From NCBI GenBank assembly GCA_010909165.1, contig MU008170.1, positions 434,001-498,000 on the forward strand: a stretch of DNA of 64,000 nucleotides. The letters are read 5' to 3'. The first letter of the stretch is position 1. The number at the start of each line of letters is the position of its first letter. A program made the translations under genes and the position numbers. Under the pieces are notes generated by a model, which saw only the letters and a list, made by a program, of their open reading frames with translations, was not told where the DNA came from and made no database searches. Origin of the DNA: Anthoceros angustus (Eukaryota > Plantae > Anthocerotophyta). Below, piece after piece: positions 34,901 to 46,135 of the stretch.

Positions 34901-37834
34901 GGAATGGCGGCGTGTATGGGAGGCTATCCGTGGTGGAGTGCACGCTCATTGCAACTCATACCCCATCACGACACGGCGTCAATGCGAATCCGCCGTGCGG
35001 GCGGGCTGCAAGTCGATGGAATCGACATCCCCAAAAGGCGGTGCGAGGCGCTACGGTTGATCTGGCCGGAAGACATGGCCGCCTCAGCCGATCCGCATCC
35101 GCGCGTCGTGATACCACACGCCCATGTTCATATGGCACATGGATTGTGAGTGGCTCCAGCTTGCTTGCGTGTGTCTGTCGTTAGATTGGAATGGGAGCGA
35201 TTCGCAGTGGTCACGAAATGGATGTGGTTGGATTGTGTGCGACTATGACAAGGCATCAATTCTACCGAGTCCATGGTGCAATAGATGGGGCCACCCACTA
35301 CGTCCGTGGTTGGTCTTTGGAAGATAACAAGCGGGGACAACCATTTTCAACGCCTATGTGGATGCGTTGAGGAGGTTTGGCCATCCCCAGTTGATTGACT
35401 ATGCGGTGAGCACAACTGATAGGCGGACATGAGGCAAGTCATGAATGAGGGCACACGGCAGCAACTTCATCCGCGGCCTCCGTGCACAACCAGTCGGTTG
35501 TGGTTGCTTGCGATGCCTTTGTCGGTGAGGAGGTATTGCGGGTAGTAACGCTGTCTGCGGAGGATTGAGCATTTTGGCGGTCATTGGGGAGAAGTGGTTC
35601 TGTACAAGGGTACATCTTGGATTTGGTGAGGAGTACGAATTGGACATCACCAACCTGGCACATCCACTCCACCGTGCATGTCACCTTCATGCCCACCATG
35701 AGGCGGAGGCTGGAGCGTTGGAGGCGGTGTGGAGCAGGCCTGGTGCGCAGGATAAGGGCAGCGGGGACATCCCGGCCATGTGCAATAGCGTTCGAGGAAG
35801 AGGCTCGGCTCAAGGGAGTCACGACCACCGCATATGGGACTGCGGATGACGATGGCGAGGAGTTCGATGCCTGTGGTCCTCAATATACCTGAGCGTGGCC
35901 CCGAGATGCCACCGCTAGGTGTGATTGTTGTTGTCCGGTGAGTCTTGATGCAGCACACTTGTCTTTGTGTGTATGAGTTACGTATTTACCTCATGTGAGG
36001 TTCCATCCCTTTAGCATTCATTGATCGAAACGTGTGTGCAGCCTATGCGCCCGTCTGAGCGCATGTCGCGAGGACAATGCCTATGCGAAGGCTTGGGCGG
36101 CATGGACTTCCTCCCGATATACCGCACACTTTTGTGCAGCGACATTGTGCGGGGAGGCGGGGAGGCGGGGAAACCTTGCCCAGTACCTCCAGCGGTGGGC
36201 CGCGGTGGCCCGCGTGGGCGAGATCACTGCTGTAGTCACGTAGTCAGTGCGCCTTTGAGCTGTACTCTTGTACTCGCTTTTTGGGTGCAAGGATTGTATG
36301 TCGTCCAAGTTTTCATGGAAGCCCGTGTTTGTTGGTCCTCCCGTATAAGCTTGTATCGGGAAAGTTGGTGCTATGTGAACACCGGTAGCGGCGGCCTGCC
36401 GAAGCGTTGCGACCGGATGCGGCCAGTGCCAATGCGATCTTGCCGCGAGGCAAACGCACTAAGCGGCGCAAACAGAGGACAATTGCGGCTGGCCATTGCA
36501 TAAGCGTAAGCGGCGCAAAATGGCCGCAACGCAACCGCCGGCAACCCTTACACCTTGTGTATGCGCGTCGCGGACATGGTATGTTGCGTGCGCAATGGCG
36601 CGGCACGCAAATGGCCGCAACGCAACCTAACCTAAAAGAAGAAATGTTTACGTGTGTGGTGAATCATTCCAGCGGTGAATCATTACGTATTATTGTGGTA
36701 GCTTGACCACGTAGTAATTTTATACACCCGATGGGTCATCCATGACATGCCCAAATAGTTCCGCCGTATGCGGCGGGACTATTTCTTTCTGTCCATAACC
36801 CTAAAAATATCTGGATGCTGCGTGACCAGTTCGGTATTCCATACTCGACATATGCTATAGGCTTCTTCTTTTTGCTTTGTGATAAAGTCTGGGGGTGCTT
36901 TGTGAGAAAGATGTGTTTTGATATTAAATAAAATTCAGGTTATCTTGTAGGCGGCCAATGCATAGATTTGAGGAAGGGTGTGATCACCATTCCTCCTGCT
37001 TCTTGCTTACAAGCCTGGGCCTGAGCGACAATGGCCATTGATGATGATTTAGGGCTGCCAGAAATGTTTGTCGCCTTCCAGATGTGATGTGGCTGTCCAC
37101 CTTGAGCTGGTGCGGGAAAATCGATGTGGCCCTCCATACCTTGGAGCTCGATGCTGGTTTAGGGCAGTCGATGTTCGTAGCCTTCCAGAACTGATGTGGC
37201 TGTCCAGAGCTTGAGGTGATGCACTCCCCGCTGCCAAGAGGCCGCCATGAACAGCCGGTAAGAACAACTCTAGAAGGCCGCCACTCCCAGCACCTCTAGG
37301 GCAGAGCTGACACCATCTCCTGGGAAACAGATCCCCAGAGTCCAGATTCAAGGATTTTCCAAACTCGTTGCATCACTTCACACCTAAGCTCCACCTGAGT
37401 TCATGAAACCCTCATCAAAGTCCATCGAGGGATGAAGACTATACACACCTACTGTCCTAGACTGTCCAATGACGGGACAGTTCTGAGAAACTGCGGTTGA
37501 AGTGATGAGTCTGGCTTGGGCGACAAGCAGTGTGCCAGTGTGCGTAGGTTGGCTCCCGTCCAAGCCTACGAATTTACCGCGTGCTGGATGCAGAGTCCCC
37601 AGCCCGCGCGTCTCTGCATCGTGGCGTGGCACGCACGCATTTCGACAGACCACGCTCCCGATCGCGATCTCTTAATGGTGTCGGAACCACGGGGACCGAG
37701 CATCTCTTCTCTCATTTTCGGGCTTCCAAGTGCATTCTCTACTCTCTGCTCTCTCGCTCTCAGCCATCAGCCATCCCGCGGTTTGCACTTGCAATTGCAA
37801 TCGCCCGTCTGTTTGTTTGTTTTCCTGGTCTGCG

Positions 37835-38086
37835 ATGGCGGGGTTCGGCAAGCTGCGCTGCTTTGGTGCTCCCCCCGTGGCTGCAAGCGATGACGCCGAT
37901 CATGAGAAGCCAGCAGGTGCAGGCTCCGGCTCCGGCTCCGATTCCAAGCAGCAGCCCAAAGTGCATGCGAGTGGCGACAGCAAGAAGGCAGCCCCGAGCG
38001 GCAAGCACGGGACTGGGACTCCGACTGCCTCTCTCGCCGACGTCTTCAAGTACAGTTCCAGCCGAGGGGTGTTGCCACGCATGTAG
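37835..38086 (+). CDS. Hypothetical small hydrophilic protein (83 aa)
   Basis: ATG in a good context (tgcgATGG) after a CT-rich leader. Sequence MAGFGKLRCFG...LADVFKYSSSRGVLPRM. No family assigned. Confidence 0.45.
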   Translation: MAGFGKLRCFGAPPVAASDDADHEKPAGAGSGSGSDSKQQPKVHASGDSKKAAPSGKHGTGTPTASLADVFKYSSSRGVLPRM

Positions 38087-39575
38087 CGTGCAAGCGCTAC
38101 AATGTAGTCTGCATTCAATTGTGCGACATGCATGACATATACATATGTCGGGATCTCCTGCTCGCCTGATTCATGAGCTACCTACAATCGAGGCCAGTAA
38201 ATCCCTCCGTCTCCACCTTGTCTCCAGCAACAGCAGCTCTAGCCGCCATGGCCGAACTGCACAAGGCTGTCAAAGCACTTGTAGCTGCAGGCCCGTGGTC
38301 TGTCGGCATTGCATCGCTTCGCTTCAGCATGTGCTTACTGAGAAGCCTTTTAACGGGACAACGAAAACTGGTGGTAGTGGAAAGGAGCTCCGACTTTGTA
38401 TTCGTGCTTTGTGAGACTTCTGGTGACTGCAAGATTTACGAATAATAAAGATCGGTTTTAACATCAAAGAAAGATGGTTACAAATCTGTGTACGCGGTCA
38501 GTGTAAAAGGTTTGAGATCAAAGGGCTGTTCCCCGGCCTTCCCCGTTCGCAAAAATGCCATCCTCGTGTTCGGTGGATATGGTGGCGACAGTGGCCAACA
38601 GGTTGCAATTCTTCGTACCGGGGAAAGCTCACTGCCTCCTTTTCGGTGTTGTGTGAAGGTGGATTTCAAAAGGTACTCCGGCTGAGGCTCTTGTTTCCTG
38701 AATTCTGGCATCTGAAGGGATGGCCCCGTGTGGGTCAGGGTATCACATTCCTGCCGCCTTCGGACGTAGCATCGTTGGGAGACACACAGCAAAAGCCAAC
38801 CCTGGGTGTAGACGAAGGTAGTCAAATATTGTCTGCCAGAGAAAGGTGTTCAGCGAGGAAGAGAGTCCGTGAGAGCTAAAGCCGCCGATTTATTGAGGTC
38901 AATCTGCTTCCAGTGTTGAAGCCTGTGCGGCCAATTTCCATGTGCCAAGATTCTCTGGCGTCTGGCGCAATGGAACAGTCTCTTGCTCTCTCGAGACGTC
39001 TTCAAGACACTGCAACGTTAAACCGGGGCTAGGGCTCTTATGGACACTGGCACTTCATGTCTCTCATTACATGTAGCCTAGCTCTTAGCTTAGCTTTTAG
39101 ACTGGCTCCCTACAGGTCCTTTTTGCAGCTGTGACTTTGACATTTCACAGTTCTAGACTTGTCTAGTTTTCTGGCTTTAGCAGCAAGCCTGACTGTAGTG
39201 CTAGCTTGCCTTCTTTTCCTCTTCCAGCCTAGCTAGCTGACCTTTTGTTTGCTGTGTGTGTTCATGGGGGAATGCAACCTGAGGAGCATGAGACCAGTCC
39301 TCGTTACAGACTGAGATCCCCCGACATCCTTGGACAAAGCACCCCCATCGAGTGTGAAGGCTCAACCCGCTTGCTGAGTGAAGTTGTCCATCTTTTGCCG
39401 TACTTGTGGAATGATACCGTCTACGCCAGTATCTGCCTTGGCTTGCAGGGCCTCCGTGTCACATGATACATCCCTCCGGCCTGCCATGAGTCTGTGACTG
39501 CTTCTCCATTCCTGCGGTGCGAACTCTGATATCAGTCGGCTGTATGGAATTCGAAGGCAGGGTTCTCTGAAAGCT

Positions 39576-42229
39576 CATGGAGCTTAGGTCAGACCGTCAC
39601 AGGTGCTCCTGTGCCCCTGACGTAAGTTTCGCATCGCAATCCATGCAGTGGTGGAAGTATGCGCTGGCTGGAGAACGATGAACGTTTGCACTCACGCCGC
39701 TAGGGTTGCCACAGTGGATGCCTCTGAGAATGCAGGCAAGTGTGCTGCCTTCAGCTTTGTTCTTATGCCAGCAGACAAGTCCACTGAAACTTCACTTCCG
39801 ACGGAAGCGGTTCATTTCGTCTCTGCAAAGTAATCAAGCAGCCGGCTATGCAGTTGGCAGCTGGGAAAAGGAGTGGTGAGTGAGAAAATCCTGTCAGATA
39901 TGGCTGGAAGGATCATTCTCCTTACGGAAATCTTACTCGCCATGTTGCTTCCAGCAGGACACTGGCAACATCTTGTACTGCAAGGGATGTTGAGAGGCTA
40001 TGCAGGGAGGGACGGCTGGACAAGGCCCTGGTCGTCCTGCAACACGTGGATCAGCAGGGCTCTGTCCCGTCAGTGCGCACTTACAAGCACCTCTTGCAGG
40101 CCTGCATAAGGAAGAAGGCCCATGCTGAGGCCGAGCAGGTGCATTCTCATTTAAAGAAGCATGGTCTGAGTCGCACAAAAACTTGGGCGACCTTGTGGTT
40201 ACTACACTGGTCACCTGTGGGAGGCTCACAGATGGGCTGGACGTGTTTCAAAGGATATCGCACCGAAGTGTTCTCGCTTGGACAGCCGTCATTTCAGGGT
40301 ACAGCAACTCTGGACGTTATCGGAGGCTCTCTCAAGCTATGAGCAGATGCAACGGGAAGGCGTTCAACCCAATAGCTACACGTTTGTCAGCTTGCTGAAG
40401 GCATGCAGTAGGTTGTCTGACTTGCAAGAGGGCAAGCGGGTTCATGCTGATGCTCGGAAGCATGGAGCTTAGGTCAGACCGTCACAGGTGCTCCTGTGCC
40501 CCTGACGTAAGTTTCGCATCGCAATCCATGCAGTGGTGGAAGTATGCGCTGGCTGGAGAACGATGAACGTTTGCACTCACGCCGCTAGGGTTGCCACAGT
40601 GGATGCCTCTGAGAATGCAGGCAAGTGCTGCCTTCAGCTTTGTTCTTATGCCAGCAGACAAGTCCACTGAAACTTCACTTCCGACGGAAGCGGTTCATTT
40701 CGTCTCTGCAAAGTAATCAAGCAGCCGGCTATGCAGTTGGCAGCTGGGAAAAGGAGTGGTGAGTGAGAAAATCCTGTCAGATATGGCTGGAAGGATCATT
40801 CTCCTTACGGAAATCTTACTCGCCATGTTGCTTCCAGCAGGACACTGGCAACATCTTGTACTGCAAGGGATGTTGAGAGGCTATGCAGGGAGGGACGGCT
40901 GGACAAGGCCCTGGTCGTCCTGCAACACGTGGATCAGCAGGGCTCTGTCCCGTCAGTGCGCACTTACAAGCACCTCTTGCAGGCCTGCATAAGGAAGAAG
41001 GCCCATGCTGAGGCCGAGCAGGTGCATTCTCATTTAAAGAAGCATGGTCTGGAGTCGCACAAAAACTTGGGCGACCTTGTGGTTACTACACTGGTCACCT
41101 GTGGGAGGCTCACAGATGGGCTGGACGTGTTTCAAAGGATATCGCACCGAAGTGTTCTCGCTTGGACAGCCGTCATTTCAGGGTACAGCAACTCTGGACG
41201 TTATCGGAGGCTCTCTCAAGCTATGAGCAGATGCAACGGGAAGGCGTTCAACCCAATAGCTACACGTTTGTCAGCTTGCTGAAGGCATGCAGTAGGTTGT
41301 CTGACTTGCAAGAGGGCAAGCGGGTTCATGCTGATGCTCGGAAGCATGGAGCTTAGGTCAGACCGTCACAGGTGCTCCTGTGCCCCTGACGTAAGTTTCG
41401 CATCGCAATCCATGCAGTGGTGGAAGTATGCGCTGGCTGGAGAACGATGAACGTTTGCACTCACGCCGCTAGGGTTGCCACAGTGGATGCCTCTGAGAAT
41501 GCAGGCAAGTGCTGCCTTCAGCTTTGTTCTTATGCCAGCAGACAAGTCCACTGAAACTTCACTTCCGACGGAAGCGGTTCATTTCGTCTCTGCAAAGTAA
41601 TCAAGCAGCCGGCTATGCAGTTGGCAGCTGGGAAAAGGAGTGGTGAGTGAGAAAATCCTGTCAGATATGGCTGGAAGGATCATTCTCCTTACGGAAATCT
41701 TACTCGCCATGTTGCTTCCAGCAGGACACTGGCAACATCTTGTACTGCAAGGGATGTTGAGAGGCTATGCAGGGAGGGACGGCTGGACAAGGCCCTGGTC
41801 GTCCTGCAACACGTGGATCAGCAGGGCTCTGTCCCGTCAGTGCGCACTTACAAGCACCTCTTGCAGGCCTGCATAAGGAAGAAGGCCCATGCTGAGGCCG
41901 AGCAGGTGCATTCTCATTTAAAGAAGCATGGTCTGGAGTCGCACAAAAACTTGGGCGACCTTGTGGTTACTACACTGGTCACCTGTGGGAGGCTCACAGA
42001 TGGGCTGGACGTGTTTCAAAGGATATCGCACCGAAGTGTTCTCGCTTGGACAGCCGTCATTTCAGGGTACAGCAACTCTGGACGTTATCGGGAGGCTCTC
42101 TCAAGCTATGAGCAGATGCAACGGGAAGGCGTTCAACCCAATAGCTACACGTTTGTCAGCTTGCTGAAGGCATGCAGTAGGTTGTCTGACTTGCAAGAGG
42201 GCAAGCGGGTTCATGCTGATGCTCGGAAG
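39576..42229 (+). repeat. Head-to-tail triplication (885/884/885 bp) of the 5' region and first part of the PPR gene
   Basis: Units start at the CATGG at 39576, 40461 and 41345 and end before the CATGG at 42230. I saw no substitutions between copies, only 1-2 nt indels. Confidence 0.95.
39730..41344 (+). pseudogene. Two truncated 5' copies of the PPR gene
   Basis: Both copies end at ...VHADARKHG and run into the next repeat unit. Each also has 1-nt deletions (ctgagtcg and/or atcggagg) that break the frame. Confidence 0.8.
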
Positions 42230-44005
42230 CATGGGCTTGACTCAGATGGGTTCGTCGGGAGCACTTTGGTGAGCATGTATGCAAAGTGTGGGAGCATTTT
42301 GGATGCACAACGCGTGTTTGATGGATTGTCTAAGCGTGATGTTGTGTCATGGAACGCAATTCTCGCAGCGTATTCTCAGCAGGAGCATGGAGAGAAAGCT
42401 CTGCAAATCTTTAGGGAAATGCTGGAGGAAGGGGGGAAGCCAGATGCCTGGACATTTGCAAGCGCCGCTCAAGCCTGTGGCTCGCTTGCAGACAGGGAGG
42501 AGAGTGCACTGCTGGATGGGCTTTGTGTCAAACTTGAGTCTCTTCAGAAGGGGAAAGAACTACATGCCGCTGCTACCATGAATGGGTTTGGATCACACAC
42601 AGTTGTTGCTAACTCATTACTGAGTATGTATGCAAAGTGTGGCGGCATCAGTGATGCAGAGGAGTTGTTTCATGGTTTGGTTAAACGTGATGTGGTGTCA
42701 TGGACTGCAATCATAGGTGCATATACTCTGCAGAATGAAGGAGACAAGGCGTTGCATGTGTATCAGCAGATGAATGATGCTGGGGTCAGGCCAGATGGCA
42801 TGGCCTTTGTGAGCGCACTCCAAGCATGTGTGACGGTTGCTACAAATGAGCCGTCTTCGCTTGTCGATGGGCGAGATGTCAAGGTAGGGTCACTGCAAAA
42901 GGCAAGGAAAATCCATTCAGAAGCTGCAAAGCTGGGATTCGACAAGAACATGTTTGTAAACAGCTCTTTGGTCAGCCTGTACATCAAGTGCGGAAGCATC
43001 AGAGATGCGGAACAGGTGTTTGAGAGCCTTCCCCAGCGCAGCCAGGTTTCGTGGGCTTGCATGATCGCTGCGTACTCACAGCAGGAGCAGGGTGGTGAAA
43101 AGGCCTTGCAACTCTATGCCAGGATGCAAGCTGCAGGGTTGCAAGCGGATGACACCACATACGTTTCTGTCCTCGAAGCATGCGGCACAACAGGAGCCTT
43201 GGACGTCTGTGTGCATGTGCACCAAACTATCCTGCAAACTGGACGTGAATGCAGCCTGTTTGTGGCAACAAGCTTACTCCGGGCCTACAGCAGATGTGGG
43301 AGCATGGTGGCTGCTCAGAACGTCTTCAACTCAATGCAGAATCCCGACGTCGTGGCATGGACTGCTCTCATTGCTGGCTATGCCCAATCAGGAGAATGCG
43401 AGGCTAGCATGCAATGCTACAAGAAGATGTGTCTGACAGGCATCCAACCCGACAGAGTCACATGCCTTGCACTCCTCTCTGCATACAGTCAAGCTGGGAT
43501 GGTAGACCAAGGGCTTGCCTTCTTTGAGAGCATGTCAACAGACCACTACATCCCTCCAGAGCTGGAGCACTTCTCATTCGTCCTCGACCTTGTCGGCCGT
43601 GCAGGACTCTTCAGCAAGGCAACAGACCTGCTCTCCCAAATGCCAATGCAGCCTGATTCCTCACTCTGGCTGTGTCTCCTAAGTGCATGTCGAAAGCACG
43701 GCAATGTGCCACTGGGAGAGCACGCATTCCAGGCCTGTGTCCACCTAGACCCAGCACAGTCTGCAGCCTATGTCATGATGTCAAACCTCTACGCCCAAGC
43801 TGGCCTGTGGGAGTGTGCTAGAGAAGTAGAAAATCTGAGACAGAATGCAGGTGCATGTAAACCACCTGGCCAGACCTGGATAGTATTCAACCAGGAGGTG
43901 CACACTTTTGTTGTCGGAGATCACAGGCATCCGCAACAAGCAGCCCTTCACAGTTCGCTCAAAGAGCTGACTGAAGACCTGAAGGAGGCAGGCTTCAAGC
44001 CATGA
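41499..44005 (+). CDS. PLS-class pentatricopeptide repeat protein, E/E+ end, no DYW domain (PPR copy 2)
   Basis: The main exon 41722-44005 has P-L-S motifs and E/E+ (LEHFSFVLDLVGRAG, PGQTWI, HPQQAALHSSL) and ends EAGFKP. Exon 1 (41499-41642) is followed by a phase-2 intron 41643-41721. As assembled, exon 1 of this copy lacks a GT dinucleotide that copy 1 has (39740 region), which puts its ATG out of frame. Confidence 0.9.
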
Positions 44006-44299
44006 GACCACATCGATGTCTCCTTTCCATCATCCGATTCTCGTTTTACTGAGAAGTCACAAAGCTGAAGCTCCCAAGCAGACAAGGTTGGTAATGTGAT
44101 CACTCTGCTGAAAATGCCGAATTCCTAAGATAAAGCTCTGGCTCAAAAGTACCGCATTGCCTTGGCCAATACGCGGACTTTGGCTTTCGGATAAGACTCG
44201 CTTCCACCTCTACAGACTTTTGCCTCTGCAGATTTTTGCCTCTCTGTAGATTTTTGCCTCAGCGGATTCTGTGAGCTCGGCGGCGTCTGTCGGTTGAGA

Positions 44300-46034
44300 A
44301 TGGCTGCCATGGCGGGTCGCGGGTTGGCAGCGCAGGCACTGCAGGCGGAATGGTGCGGCCTCAAGCAGGTGGATGCACCCACCAGCAGGCCTAGCTGCAC
44401 CCGAGCCCGGCCCAGCAGGGTAGCCGGGATCCGCATGGCGGTGTCGGTGGAGAAGAAATTTGTGACGCAAAAATCCGAGGAGATATTCCAGGCTGCCAAG
44501 GTATCCATCCACGCACTGCACATTTTCCTTCGCTTCCTTCCCATTCTGAAAATGGTGTTTCTGAGCCCATGTCAGCTCACCTCACCTCATTTCATCTCAG
44601 CTTTTCCATTTCTTGAGCCAAACATTCCAGAGTGCAATGTGCTTGGCACAATCTCCCTGTGCTCCTTGTCTAAAAAAGTGGCTTCCTGGGGCAGGAGTTG
44701 ATGCCCGGAGGTGTGAACTCTCCTGTGAGAGCCTTCAAGTCTGTAGGAGGACAGCCCATTGTGTTCGACAGAGTGAAGGGCTCCCACGCCTGGGACATCG
44801 ATGGCAACGAGTATGTGGACTATGTCGGGACGTGGGGCCCTTCCATCATCGGCCACGCAGACGACAAGGTGCATACAGAAACACAGACATACAGACTGAC
44901 AGGCTTCTCCTTCTTCTCCTCTCCCTGTTGCAGTTTGAGCTTAGCTTGTGATGGCAAATCCTGCAGGTGAACGCAGCTCTGGTGGAAGCCTTGCAAAAGG
45001 GCACCAGCTTCGGGGCCCCGTGTGTTCTGGAGAACCAGCTGGCGGAGCTGGTGATCGAGGCTGTACCCAGTGTGGAGATGGTACGATTCGTCAACTCTGG
45101 GACGGAAGCATGCATGGGGATGCTCCGTCTGGTTCGGGCATACACGAAGCGTGAGAAGGTCATCAAGTTCGAGGGCTGCTACCATGGCCACGCAGATGCC
45201 TTCCTGGTGAAGGCTGGCAGTGGAGTGGCCACCCTAGGCCTCCCAGACTCGCCCGGAGTGCCCAAGACTGCGACAGAGAACACACTGACTGCGGCCTACA
45301 ACGACCTGGATGCCGTGAAGGAGCTCTTCGCCCAGAACAAGGGCCAGGTTGCTGCCGTCATTCTGGAGCCGGTGGTGGGCAATGCGGGATTCATCGTCCC
45401 CAAGCTGGAGTTTCTGCAGGGGCTGAGGGAGGTGACTAAGGAGGAGGGAGCTCTGCTTGTTTTCGATGAGGTCATGACTGGATTCAGGATTGCGTACGGT
45501 GGAGCCCAGGAGTATTTCGGGATCACACCTGATGTCACCACCTTGGGGAAGATCATCGGAGGTGGGCTGCCGGTGGGAGCTTATGGAGGACGGCGGGATA
45601 TCATGGAGCTGGTGGCTCCTGCCGGGCCCATGTACCAGGCAGGGACGCTGAGTGGGAACCCTCTGGCCATGACTGCTGGGATCAAGACACTGCAGAGATT
45701 GAAGCAGCCTGGAACGTATGCTTATCTGGATGAGATCACCAAAAAGCTGATTCAAGGCCTGCTGCAGGCCGCGAGGGAGGCCGGGCATGCTGTGTGCGGA
45801 GGACATATCAGTGGCATGTTTGGGCTCTTCTTCACTGAAGGACCTGTCTACAGCTTCGATGATGCTAAGAAGAGTGACACTGCCAAGTTTGCTAGGTTTC
45901 ATCGAGGCATGCTGGAAAGGGGGGTTTACCTTGCTCCATCCCAGTATGAGGCGGGCTTCACCAGCCTGACCCATACGGATGAAGATGTGAAGTTCACACT
46001 TGCTGCTGCTAGGGATGTATTCAAGAGCATCTAG
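44300..46034 (+). CDS. GSA: Glutamate-1-semialdehyde 2,1-aminomutase, plastid-targeted, 3 exons
   Basis: Exons 44300-44500, 44695-44868 and 44967-46034. Motifs [48 protein letters not shown] and the PLP-lysine motif [18 protein letters not shown]. Transit-like N-terminus. Confidence 0.97.
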
Positions 46035-46135
46035 GCAAATAGTTTTTTTGGCAGATATTCGAGTTGCAGTTGCAGTTGCAGTTAAATAGCTCCCAGCCAT
46101 GTTAGCTTGATTCCAGCAAATTGAGTTGAGTTTTC

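Larger units (their letters stand above)
10600..36800. mobile_element. ~26-kb repeat-rich, probably transposon-derived island (family unidentified)
   Basis: No host gene recognised. It contains nested tandem arrays and frameshifted orphan coding fragments, minus-strand on the left and plus-strand on the right. I found no convincing TIR, TSD, LTR or transposase motif, so the mobile-element label is an inference. Boundaries are approximate. Confidence 0.35.

Noticed and set aside
35270-35850. Harbinger-like fragments GAIDGATHY and GSHDHRIW
   Set aside because: Each differs by an indel from the canonical motif, they are ~540 nt apart instead of ~150 nt, and no GDxGY motif follows. Probably chance, though worth including in a frameshift-aware HMM search.
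10607-36803. TAGGG...CCCTA as hAT-like terminal inverted repeats
   Set aside because: The match does not extend beyond 5 bp, and the flanks (acaaatct vs aaaatatc) do not form an 8-bp TSD.
36940-37350. Repeated peptide GQPHxxWKATNI on the minus strand
   Set aside because: The two copies are 107 nt apart in different frames, and I found no plausible intron that joins them; a gene cannot be supported.
38173-38685. Kelch-like ILVFGGYGG in a frame interrupted by TAA TAA
   Set aside because: A single motif without the downstream Y/W kelch residues and with in-frame stops; at most a relic.
39245-39466. 73-aa ORF upstream of the PPR triplication
   Set aside because: No ATG-led model with homology or clear splice support.
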